Below, piece by piece: positions 1-8,071 of a DNA stretch of 32,000 nt. Position numbers and translations under genes: made by a program. Source of the stretch: Staphylothermus marinus F1 (GTDB lineage: Archaea > Thermoproteota > Thermoprotei_A > Sulfolobales > Desulfurococcaceae). Numbering within the stretch: the first letter of the stretch is position 1; every line of letters starts with the position of its first letter. Below the pieces are notes generated by a model. It was given only the letters and a program-made list of their open reading frames with translations. It was not told the DNA's origin and did no database searches. The DNA is taken from contig NC_009033.1 in assembly GCF_000015945.1 (NCBI RefSeq), forward strand, positions 1,170,001 through 1,202,000, read 5' to 3'.

Positions 1-1004
1 TTGTTCACTAGTATTTTTCCATTAACTATTAGTTTAAAGATCATTTTTCCTGTTTCGCTCATATTTAATGGTGAATATAGTTCATAATTGATTTCCTTTA
101 TGATCATTATTGCAGGACCTTTTATCTGTATTATATTCATTAATACATCGATTTCATTCTCTCTTGAAATAATTTCTAATCTGGAGAACGCGTATCCACC
201 ACTATTAAATGTGACTGATCCATGTATTTTTAGATATTCTGTCTCCAGTAATGGATCGATTCTTAAATATATTTTTCTCGCGTACCCTTCTGAATAATTA
301 TCTGGATTGATCTGATTAAATATGAACAATAAGTCTCTCTTAAAGCTTGAGAACATATTTGAGACTAAAACAATACTTGTTCTTGTAGGCTTATTTATGA
401 GCTTAGCATAAACAAGTGTTTCCGTCTGGTTTGGAGCATTTAGTTTAATATTGAGCAATGTATTATTGAATCCTTTTAGGCTGATATTAATTCTAGCAAT
501 GCATTGTTTTGAATAAGTATAATAGTATTTACCGGTGCCGAGAGCATATATTGTTTCACCAACTCCATCTCTAATATTAAACTTATAGTTATAGTATACT
601 TCTACAATATATTTCTCCTCACCACTCATAACACGCCACATTATAAGCGGTAAAGGACCCATAACAGTATAGTATTTATGCTTATGTCCTTGGACAAATA
701 TGTCCCATGTAAAACCATAACTCATTTCCTCATCATTAACCAATACCCTAACACTTTTACGATCAGTTTCATTTGGAACAGGAAAATACATAGTAATAAC
801 ATCATAACCAGCATTTCTCATAGTATATTTACCATAAACACTAACATTAACAACCCCATTACTAAGATATGTGAAGTTAAAAGCAATATCTTCATGATCA
901 AGAATAATTGTTGGTGCAGGAATAGGGTTTGCAAATATTAATGGATGAATCATAACTATTAGAAGGAATACTAGGACAGTAATGAGTAAAATCTGCTTAA
1001 TCAA
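1..1004 (-). CDS. Hypothetical secreted or membrane-anchored protein; partial, 3' end lies outside the window
   Basis: My own translation of the minus strand is open from TTG at 1004 to the window edge (about 334 codons). GAGGTG lies 6 nt upstream of the TTG. The N-terminus LIKQILLITVLVFLLIVMIHPLIFA looks like a signal or anchor segment, and there are many N-x-S/T sequons (NFT, NVS, NET, NNT, NQT). It is absent from the ORF track because no stop falls in the window. Confidence 0.6.
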   Translation of the reverse strand, partial: MIKQILLITVLVFLLIVMIHPLIFANPIPAPTIILDHEDIAFNFTYLSNGVVNVSVYGKYTMRNAGYDVITMYFPVPNETDRKSVRVLVNDEEMSYGFTWDIFVQGHKHKYYTVMGPLPLIMWRVMSGEEKYIVEVYYNYKFNIRDGVGETIYALGTGKYYYTYSKQCIARINISLKGFNNTLLNIKLNAPNQTETLVYAKLINKPTRTSIVLVSNMFSSFKRDLLFIFNQINPDNYSEGYARKIYLRIDPLLETEYLKIHGSVTFNSGGYAFSRLEIISRENEIDVLMNIIQIKGPAIMIIKEINYELYSPLNMSETGKMIFKLIVNGKILVN

Positions 1005-1085
1005 TATCTTCACCTCTAAAACATTATATATTTAGAATTAAATATTTGAAAATGTCTTACTTATTTCTAGGAGAAGGTATTAGTA

Positions 1086-1394
1086 ATGCCACATCCTCTA
1101 GATGATTTCGTAGACAAATTCATTGCTGGAGTTTACGTTTGCCGAACAATAGATTGTGTTCTCGTCAATCTTTCCTCAGCCTTTTTTGTGTAAAAGATTA
1201 TCTATAAGTACTATATTGTGATAAGTTTAGATCCTTTTAAACCCTATAATCCATTATTTTACAAGCAATTTACGGATCTCCTCGTAAATACTGTGATAGA
1301 GTCATTAAGAAGTATTCCATACAGGATACAGAGTATTTGGGCTGTTATTATAGGAGATAAACTAATTGTCTATGTGTATAGTTCGCTCATGTAA
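1086..1394 (+). pseudogene. 102-codon reading frame interrupted by one in-frame TAA (1191-1193); either a nonsense-disrupted small gene or two short ORFs
   Basis: ATG at 1086 follows AGGAGAAGG. The frame reads MPHPLDDFVDKFIAGVYVCRTIDCVLVNLSSAFFV*KIIYKYYIVISLDPFKPYNPLFYKQFTDLLVNTVIESLRSIPYRIQSIWAVIIGDKLIVYVYSSLM*. A single stop in about 100 codons is unusual for this AT-rich sequence. Confidence 0.25.
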
Positions 1395-1465
1395 ATAGTT
1401 AAAAATATAGTTCAGCAAATAAATCATCTATATAATCATTGAAATTTCTATGCGAGGTTGATGAG

Positions 1466-1939
1466 ATGGTTGTTTTACGGCCTGAAGATATTAAATCCTT
1501 AATTGGTTTATCTGATGAATCATTGGATTGTAGTGGAATAAAGCTTACGTTAAAGACTATATATGTTCCTGAGACTGTTGGTGAGCTTAGGGTTGATGGG
1601 AGAGTTCTGCCCGAGTATGAGGAGTTAAGATGTGATCCTATGTGTAGGCTTAGTAGTGGGGCATATATTGTTCGGTACAATGAATATGTGAAGATACCTA
1701 ATGGATACATGGGTCTAGTATTTCCTCGTTCCTCATTGTTGAGAATGGGTGCTACAATATATACGGCAGTATGGGATCCGGGCTATGAAGGCCAGGGGAT
1801 AGGGTTGTTGGCTGTATTTAATAAACAAGGAATAGTTCTCGAAAAGAATGTTCAGTTAGCTCAACTTGTACTATTCAAGATGAGTGGTGAAACCATGTTT
1901 TCATATAAGGGAACATATCTTGGCGAGAAAGAAGCTTAG
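1466..1939 (+). CDS. dut: dUTP diphosphatase of the dCTP deaminase/dUTPase superfamily (short archaeal form, 157 aa)
   Basis: Motifs GLVFPRSSLLRMG and VWDPGYEGQGIGLL are typical of the family. GAGGT lies 8 nt before ATG 1466; the track ORF starts at TTG 1439. Confidence 0.8.
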   Translation: MVVLRPEDIKSLIGLSDESLDCSGIKLTLKTIYVPETVGELRVDGRVLPEYEELRCDPMCRLSSGAYIVRYNEYVKIPNGYMGLVFPRSSLLRMGATIYTAVWDPGYEGQGIGLLAVFNKQGIVLEKNVQLAQLVLFKMSGETMFSYKGTYLGEKEA

Positions 1940-2823
1940 TATCTTTTATATCTGATACGAGTTATAGAGTATAGCTTTAATAATCTAAGCTTCTTATACA
2001 TAGCATCTTTTAATCCCTTAATCTCGATATATGGTGTTCTGGTCTTAGCCAAGACTGTCTTAGTTTTTATTATATGGGTCTTAACAGCTCTATAGTATTC
2101 GCTCACCATTGTTTTTAATTCTGAACCTAGTTTTTCTAGATCATAGAATACATGGTATCCATCTAAGCTCGGAGGATTCAGTTCGAGCATTGTAGATACA
2201 AGTACTATGCCTAAACCAGTATTCATGGCGTGGGTTGTTGTTGCTAATACTTCGAATTCTATTGGATAATGTGCATAGTCTGTAATTAATAATAGTGTTT
2301 CTCTATTTCTAAGATTTTTAACGTAGTTCGAGAGTTTGATTAGGTCAATGCTTCCACTAGGATCTACTTTACATATAGTATTTAGTGAAAAATTAATTGC
2401 TTCTAAAGGATTTAGCCCATGTTTTATCAAGGGTTTTTCTCCATGTAAAATTATCAAATCAATTATATCTCCCAGACTATGAGCTATGCTTAGAAACCCT
2501 GTAAGCACATATATAGCTGATTCTATCTTGTCACCATATAGCATTGATTTAGAATAATCTAAGACAACAATGTTATTTACTAGTCTCTCCAATAAATGTT
2601 CTTTAACCATTAATCTATAATCACCGTCAGGCTTAATCATTCTAGCAGATGCTCTCCAATCTATGAACCTAATATCGTCTCCCGGAGAATACTCTCTTAA
2701 ATCAACATATTCAAAGCCAGGACCCTTAATCCTAGAAGGTATTACACCATACATTAGATTACTAAAATGAGCTCTAGACAGTTTTGATGCTAAACTTGCT
2801 CTTCTACATATCCTTGTAGGCAT
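1936..2823 (-). CDS. DUF58-family protein (vWA-like MoxR partner)
   Basis: Carries the DUF58 signature YSPGDDIRFIDWRASARM and a MIDAS-like VVLDYSKSM. It is divergent from the MoxR operon across an 84-nt spacer. Confidence 0.8.
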   Translation of the reverse strand: MPTRICRRASLASKLSRAHFSNLMYGVIPSRIKGPGFEYVDLREYSPGDDIRFIDWRASARMIKPDGDYRLMVKEHLLERLVNNIVVLDYSKSMLYGDKIESAIYVLTGFLSIAHSLGDIIDLIILHGEKPLIKHGLNPLEAINFSLNTICKVDPSGSIDLIKLSNYVKNLRNRETLLLITDYAHYPIEFEVLATTTHAMNTGLGIVLVSTMLELNPPSLDGYHVFYDLEKLGSELKTMVSEYYRAVKTHIIKTKTVLAKTRTPYIEIKGLKDAMYKKLRLLKLYSITRIRYKRY

Positions 2824-2907
2824 TTCTTCTCAGCTGTCAAGATTTTAAATCATAACCATTTATTTCAGATATACTATTTACCCACTATATATGTAGTATT
2901 TATCACG

Positions 2908-3768
2908 GTGATATGTTTGCAGAAATATTATTCTTATAGAGAAGTTATTGATGCTAAAATATATGATAGTACGGGTCTATATTTTGGAGATTTATGTGGT
3001 TTCTCAATAAATGAGAAACCCTTGTTAAAAGCATGTCTTAAATTCAATGTTGGCGATATGGTACCGGATATTAATAGGCTTAAGGGGTTACTGGAAGAAA
3101 GGGGTCTAGAGATCCCGCAGGATCTTACGCTGGAAGAGCTAGTATTGACAGCTAGGAATGAGGGTTTAGAGATTCCTATGAAGAAAGTTGTTTCGAAAGT
3201 AGAGTTTGTAAAGGCTTTTATCGACTTGGATAATGTGTTGTTGATTGATGTGGTTTATAGAAGGGTTTATAGAGGTAATTCGAGAATAGCTGTTATCCTC
3301 CTTAAATCTCCTCGAGAAGCAAAATATAGGGGTCTCCCCCTCCCAATAAATAATCCCTACATTGAATTAATAGATAAGACGATAGGTAAATTAGTGGTTA
3401 GCACTAGTAACGGGATAATAGGATATGTTAGTGAAGTAGTTTTTTCGCCTGGAAAAGTTGGGTTGAGAATTGAATCCGAGAATTATAGGAGTGGAGTAAT
3501 ATTGTGGAATAATTTCTTATCCATTCTTGAAACAAGAGGATTTAGTGAATTAGGAAATTTATTAAGAAACAATATTGGAGAACATGAAAGACTTGATCTC
3601 CACTTGTATGGATACATATATCATTTACTAGAAACATATAAGGCTCCAAGTCAAGTATTTGAACTGCTTAATTCTAATCTAGAATTTGAAGAATTACTTG
3701 TAGAGAAATACCAGGATATTGAATGGGATAATATATTGAAAATTGGTGATATAATCATAGCTAAATAA
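2908..3768 (+). CDS. Hypothetical protein with two PRC-barrel-like segments, immediately upstream of MoxR
   Basis: 286-aa ORF. The segments EVIDAKIYDSTGLYFGDLCGFSINEKPLLKACL and IGKLVVSTSNGIIGYVSEVVFSPGKVGLRIE resemble the PRC-barrel pattern. There is an internal RGLEIPQ / EGLEIPM duplication. The start could be TTG 2917, 5 nt after GGTGAT. Confidence 0.6.
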   Translation: MICLQKYYSYREVIDAKIYDSTGLYFGDLCGFSINEKPLLKACLKFNVGDMVPDINRLKGLLEERGLEIPQDLTLEELVLTARNEGLEIPMKKVVSKVEFVKAFIDLDNVLLIDVVYRRVYRGNSRIAVILLKSPREAKYRGLPLPINNPYIELIDKTIGKLVVSTSNGIIGYVSEVVFSPGKVGLRIESENYRSGVILWNNFLSILETRGFSELGNLLRNNIGEHERLDLHLYGYIYHLLETYKAPSQVFELLNSNLEFEELLVEKYQDIEWDNILKIGDIIIAK

Positions 3769-3780
3769 GAGGTTTAAACA

Positions 3781-4824
3781 ATGGATATAGATGAGATAAG
3801 TGAAAAAATAAATATGGTTATAAAGGAGATTCATAAAGCAATAATCGGCTATGATTATGAATTGAAGCTTCTTCTAGCATCACTCCTATCCGATGGACAT
3901 GTATTATTAGAAGGTGTTCCAGGCATTGCTAAAACAACTATTGCAAGAGCACTGGTTAGAGTATTAGGTCTTGAGGAGAGAAGGAAATACTTCATAGAGA
4001 ATATACCATTTACAGGATTTTCACGTATACAATTCACACCTGATCTTATGCCAAGCGATATAACGGGTTCTCTAATATTTAACCCTGTAACCAGAGAATT
4101 TGAGCCAAGACTTGGCCCTATATTTTCATATATCGTATTAGCTGACGAGATAAACCGTGCAACACCTAGAACACAATCAGCAATGCTTCAAGCAATGCAG
4201 GAGAGAGAAGTAACCATAGGTGATAAAACATATAAGCTTGAATACAAGGATAAAGGTAAGTTCTTCTTTGTAATAGCCACCGAGAACCCGATCGAGCAAG
4301 AAGGAACATATCCATTACCAGAGGCACAACTTGACCGCTTCATGATGAGAATAATTATGGGTTATCCAAAAAGTTTAGAGGAAGAAAAGAACATCTATAA
4401 ATTACATGCATATAGAATTGTTGAGCCAGTAGAGGATCTAGAAAAAATAGTTACACCGGACTGGGTGGTTGAAGCACAAAAAACAATAAGTAAGGAAATC
4501 ATGGTTTCCGACACCATGCTAGACTATATTGCACGGATAATTAGAGCAACTAGGCCCGAGATACTAAAAAGTATTAAGAAATACTTTGAATTAGGAGCAA
4601 GCCCCAGAGCAGGTATAATGCTAGTAAAAGTATCCAAAGCACTAGCAGCTATTAGAGGTAGTGATAAAGTAGAATATGTTGACCTTGAAAAAGCTTTATT
4701 CCCAGTTCTTAACCACAGAGTTATACCAAACATCGATCTTGTAATAGAGTATGGTGGAGACTTCGAGGCTAGGATGAGAGTGATAAGGGAAGGACTAAAG
4801 CATGCGGTCGAAGCTGTTACGTAG
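3781..4824 (+). CDS. MoxR-like AAA+ ATPase
   Basis: Walker A LLEGVPGIAKTT, the motif RIQFTPDLMPSDITG, and Walker B/sensor VLADEINRATPRTQSAMLQAMQEREVTI. AAGAGGT lies 8 nt upstream of the ATG. Confidence 0.9.
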   Translation: MDIDEISEKINMVIKEIHKAIIGYDYELKLLLASLLSDGHVLLEGVPGIAKTTIARALVRVLGLEERRKYFIENIPFTGFSRIQFTPDLMPSDITGSLIFNPVTREFEPRLGPIFSYIVLADEINRATPRTQSAMLQAMQEREVTIGDKTYKLEYKDKGKFFFVIATENPIEQEGTYPLPEAQLDRFMMRIIMGYPKSLEEEKNIYKLHAYRIVEPVEDLEKIVTPDWVVEAQKTISKEIMVSDTMLDYIARIIRATRPEILKSIKKYFELGASPRAGIMLVKVSKALAAIRGSDKVEYVDLEKALFPVLNHRVIPNIDLVIEYGGDFEARMRVIREGLKHAVEAVT

Positions 4825-4846
4825 TAATGTTTCAGCGGTGTAATAA

Positions 4847-5707
4847 ATGATAATATTTGATAACATAACTATGCAGGATCTTCTAGGTAGATCATATAAG
4901 TTATTCTTCCACATACCAACCCCAAGCATCACACTCATTATTACCCCCGCACTTTTCAATAAAACTCTTCTAGCAAACTATATTTTAGGAAATAAGAAAC
5001 CTTTTATCGGAAATATTGTTTCAAGAATAAAAATACAGGGAGTGAAAGGATTATTCATTCCAGAGCTAGCGCAAGGAAAGTCATTAATTTTAGACGAGAT
5101 ATTAACTATTGATGAAAAAGATGATACATTATATTCTGAACTACTTAACTTACTTAGACAATACGGGTACAAATTAGACAATAATCCTTTGATCATAAAG
5201 AATATTCCTAAGCCCCTATTATACTTAATTAGTACAATCTATGTTCTGAGGAAATCCGGGAACTTAACAGTACTTATAGAGCCTTTTAAAGAGTTGGATG
5301 AAATGCTTGGGTCAAGACTAGTCATGGAGATCTATGAGAAGAGAAGTAAGGGAAATACAATAGTGATTATTTCTTCCAACAAGAGTCTCATTGATAATAT
5401 AAACTATGAGCACTTAGTAATTATAAGGAGAGATGGCAAGATCTTCGAGACTAGTACTGGAGCTATCACCCTAAAAAATATTTTAAAAGAAACCATTCCA
5501 TTAGAAATAATTGCTGAAAAGAATAGCTTATCTGAACTGTTATCATTAAAGTGTTTAAAGGGAATAATTACTCTTAATAAGAACATATTTTATGTTTTTA
5601 TAGAAAAGTCTTTATATAGAACATGTTTATATCACCTAGTTAATCTACAACGGAAAAGAATAATTAGGAAAATGAGAGTTGTTAAACAGAGTTTTATTGA
5701 GGAATGA
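4847..5707 (+). CDS. ABC-type (ABC-2/DrrA-like) ATPase homolog with eroded catalytic motifs
   Basis: Collinear with ABC ATPases. P-loop position ITPALFNKT (versus GPNGAGKT), Q-loop LAQ, signature position NIPKPL (versus LSGGQ), Walker B position LTVLIEPFKELD (versus LLILDEPTxGLD), switch position IISSN (versus H). The C-terminal tail ends QSFIEE. Confidence 0.65.
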   Translation: MIIFDNITMQDLLGRSYKLFFHIPTPSITLIITPALFNKTLLANYILGNKKPFIGNIVSRIKIQGVKGLFIPELAQGKSLILDEILTIDEKDDTLYSELLNLLRQYGYKLDNNPLIIKNIPKPLLYLISTIYVLRKSGNLTVLIEPFKELDEMLGSRLVMEIYEKRSKGNTIVIISSNKSLIDNINYEHLVIIRRDGKIFETSTGAITLKNILKETIPLEIIAEKNSLSELLSLKCLKGIITLNKNIFYVFIEKSLYRTCLYHLVNLQRKRIIRKMRVVKQSFIEE

Positions 5708-5713
5708 TCATAT

Positions 5714-6313
5714 TTGAGGATTAATGGTGGTCAACTGATTTTATATATATTAGCGTCCCTTATTGGGGGCATGCTAGCTTTTATTCCTTTCACATATATT
5801 GTTCCACAAATGTTCTTTGGAGAATTAATTTTTCTCCACATAGTATTCATTCTAGTAATATATATTGAGTTATCTAGGATAATCGAGTGGTTTGAGGGAT
5901 TAGATAAGCTTGTCTATATTAATTCTGATGAGTCTAGCAGGATGAAAATGTTCAAGAAAGTCATTTCTATAATTACTGATAACTTATTAGTTTTTTCATT
6001 AGTTATACTTATCCCATGGATAATTATTCGTGGACAGTATCTTTCAAACTATATTTTCATAGGCTATTTCCTATCAATTTTTATATTAATAAATACTTTA
6101 TCAACACTTATCATGTTGATTAATATGGCGTTTATAAAAGATAAGTTAATTTCTATTTTACTGATATTTTCCACAGAGATCGTAATTATTTTGTCTATGC
6201 TTAATAGGTTAAATCAGATATTTAATTATGATCTCCTCTATCCAGTATCTTTACTCATATCTTCGCTGACTTTATTATTTATTGTCTACTATGGGTGGAA
6301 TAAATGGATCTGA
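5714..6313 (+). CDS. Polytopic membrane protein (about 6 hydrophobic segments), possible permease partner of the ABC-like protein
   Basis: TTG start 9 nt after GAGGAA and 6 nt after the previous stop. There are six long hydrophobic runs, for example LILYILASLIGGMLAFIPF and YIFIGYFLSIFILINTLSTLIMLI. Confidence 0.6.
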   Translation: MRINGGQLILYILASLIGGMLAFIPFTYIVPQMFFGELIFLHIVFILVIYIELSRIIEWFEGLDKLVYINSDESSRMKMFKKVISIITDNLLVFSLVILIPWIIIRGQYLSNYIFIGYFLSIFILINTLSTLIMLINMAFIKDKLISILLIFSTEIVIILSMLNRLNQIFNYDLLYPVSLLISSLTLLFIVYYGWNKWI

Positions 6314-7167
6314 AGCATTTATCGTTAATATTTTTTATTATCGCCTTAATTTGGTCGTTACTCTATCTCTTTGGCTCTCATGGATTTGTTTTCTATTCTT
6401 CGGAACTAACCGCTGTGGACAGGGGATATAATATTGTTTATTTAAATGATTATTCTCCAATACGTATATACATATATAATATTTATCAACTACACGGTGG
6501 AGGCAATATTAGAAACGATATAGTAATTAATTATCATGTTAAAAATCTAACTTATGCCTCATTACCTATAGTTAATATAAGGATCAAGTATTTCCTCAGC
6601 AATTATACTCCAATAGAACCCCCCTCTACTATTCTAACATATATGGATTATGTATCTCTATATGAGGGAAAAGTTAATCCTGTTCTAGTAGGGATGGGTT
6701 TAGAGGATAAACATATAGTTTTAGAAAATGTTCGGTCAAAATATCTTGTTGTAGTAGTTGTTCTCAGTATTAGACAGGATATAATAGTTGATTTATCAAA
6801 ATATGTGCCTCCACTAACATATTATCCCAGTCCCCCGCCTCAGCCAGACATATTTGCATACATTGTGAAGAGATCCTTTAATAATTCATACTATGAAACA
6901 ATGCTTTTGTATCTAGCTAAGAAAATATATGAAAATACTGGATCTCTAAGTGTTTTTCAGGAACACGTATTAACAAATAAAAACATTAGATTATCAAGCA
7001 TTCTTATTGTATGGATATTATCAATAACTTTTATTGAAGCATATGATTACAAATTCGTATTTAAACTGTTTAGAGAGTTGATTTATAAAGCAGTGATCTC
7101 AGGATCATATTTGCGAAGAAAACTAAGAAGGTTGCTAAAATATACGGTTCGACAACATAGTTCTTAA
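6304..7167 (+). CDS. Bitopic membrane protein with a large ectodomain, hypothetical
   Basis: ATG overlaps the upstream gene by 10 nt and follows GGGTGGA. N-terminal TM LSLIFFIIALIWSLLYLF, Y/I/V/N-rich middle, proline patch YYPSPPPQPD, second TM LSSILIVWILSITFI, and a basic tail. Confidence 0.55.
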   Translation: MDLKHLSLIFFIIALIWSLLYLFGSHGFVFYSSELTAVDRGYNIVYLNDYSPIRIYIYNIYQLHGGGNIRNDIVINYHVKNLTYASLPIVNIRIKYFLSNYTPIEPPSTILTYMDYVSLYEGKVNPVLVGMGLEDKHIVLENVRSKYLVVVVVLSIRQDIIVDLSKYVPPLTYYPSPPPQPDIFAYIVKRSFNNSYYETMLLYLAKKIYENTGSLSVFQEHVLTNKNIRLSSILIVWILSITFIEAYDYKFVFKLFRELIYKAVISGSYLRRKLRRLLKYTVRQHSS

Positions 7168-8068
7168 CATCGATTTTATAGTTTATATTACTTGTCAAAA
7201 TATAGTTTCCAGCCTTTGATACTGTTTTCTCAGCGAGTTTTTCGAATATATTGATTAGATTATTTGTTTGTTTTACATTATAGAATTGACCCTTCGTGAT
7301 ATTTGCTATTTCTCGTAGTCTCTGCTTAGCCATTATGTTCTCGTAGATATTCATTCCCGGTGTTTCGATGAAGATAGGGTATATTGTTATATTGTATCTA
7401 GCACATTTATATACTACTTCTCTATATAAGGGGGTGTCTTGAGCAAAAGGTAGGCCGTCAGTTACAAATATTATTGTTGGAGATAAGTTGAATTCGGCAA
7501 AGGGGACTAACCATTCATATGCTATTTCTAGTGGCTTACTATATATTGTTCCGCCGAAAGCTTTTATTTCTCCAAGCTTCTTATATAGAAGCTCCTGATC
7601 ACTTGTTGGGGGTATAGCTATTCTTACGTGGTCATTAAACGTTATTAGGCCAATTAATACATAGTCTATTGTTTGATCAATAAATTTTTTTACAGCGTTA
7701 ACTGCTGTTATGATTTTATCGCCTTTCATGCTGCCAGATGTATCTAAAACAATTACTACAGGGGGTTTTCTCTGCAAGCTAATCTTGGCTTCAAGTGTTT
7801 GTGTGGTCTTCACATATTTGGGTATTATAGTGTATGGTAGTGTTAGCGAAAACATTATTAATACAATTACTGTGGTGGCTAATGCTATGTTCAAATACCA
7901 TTTGATACTATGTTGTTTTCTAATATAGGACGAAATATACTGTGTTAACGGATGATTAAAAGAATAAATTTTGCCTAGAACCCTTCTTCTTCCCCATCTT
8001 AATAATACATACATAGCGAACAGGATTAACGGTATGATATAAATTATTATAGGGTATTCAAGCATCAA
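7070..8068 (-). CDS. TM-anchored von Willebrand factor A protein (BatA/BatB-like)
   Basis: BatA_N-like N-terminus LEYPIIIYIIPLILFAMYVLLRWGRRR. MIDAS VVIVLDTSGSMKG ... GGT ... FVTDG. C-terminal hydrophobic segment YILATFLVFFANMIL. Confidence 0.8.
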   Translation of the reverse strand: MMLEYPIIIYIIPLILFAMYVLLRWGRRRVLGKIYSFNHPLTQYISSYIRKQHSIKWYLNIALATTVIVLIMFSLTLPYTIIPKYVKTTQTLEAKISLQRKPPVVIVLDTSGSMKGDKIITAVNAVKKFIDQTIDYVLIGLITFNDHVRIAIPPTSDQELLYKKLGEIKAFGGTIYSKPLEIAYEWLVPFAEFNLSPTIIFVTDGLPFAQDTPLYREVVYKCARYNITIYPIFIETPGMNIYENIMAKQRLREIANITKGQFYNVKQTNNLINIFEKLAEKTVSKAGNYILTSNINYKIDVKNYVVEPYILATFLVFFANMILRSLLYKSTL

Positions 8069-8071
8069 TGT

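Noticed and set aside
88-941. Track ORFs 88..297(+) and 678..941(+)
   Set aside because: Both are antisense to a continuous minus-strand frame that is open for 334 codons to the window edge and has a plausible signal or anchor sequence. Their products are low-complexity I/F/N-rich strings.
1455-1480. UGAUGA ... CUGA pair (GUUGAUGAGAUGGUUGUUUUACGGCCUGA) resembling C/D boxes
   Set aside because: It lies across the SD and start codon of dut, has no C'/D' boxes, and has the wrong spacing. It is explained by coding and SD sequence.
1399-1710. Track ORF 1399..1710(-), 103 aa
   Set aside because: It is antisense to the well-supported dUTPase gene and has no motifs, so it is most likely a shadow ORF.
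3855-5586. Short antisense ORFs inside the MoxR and ABC-like genes (3855..4037, 4524..4733, 4978..5196, 5404..5586)
   Set aside because: All are opposite to longer motif-bearing ORFs and are 60-72 aa with no recognisable features.
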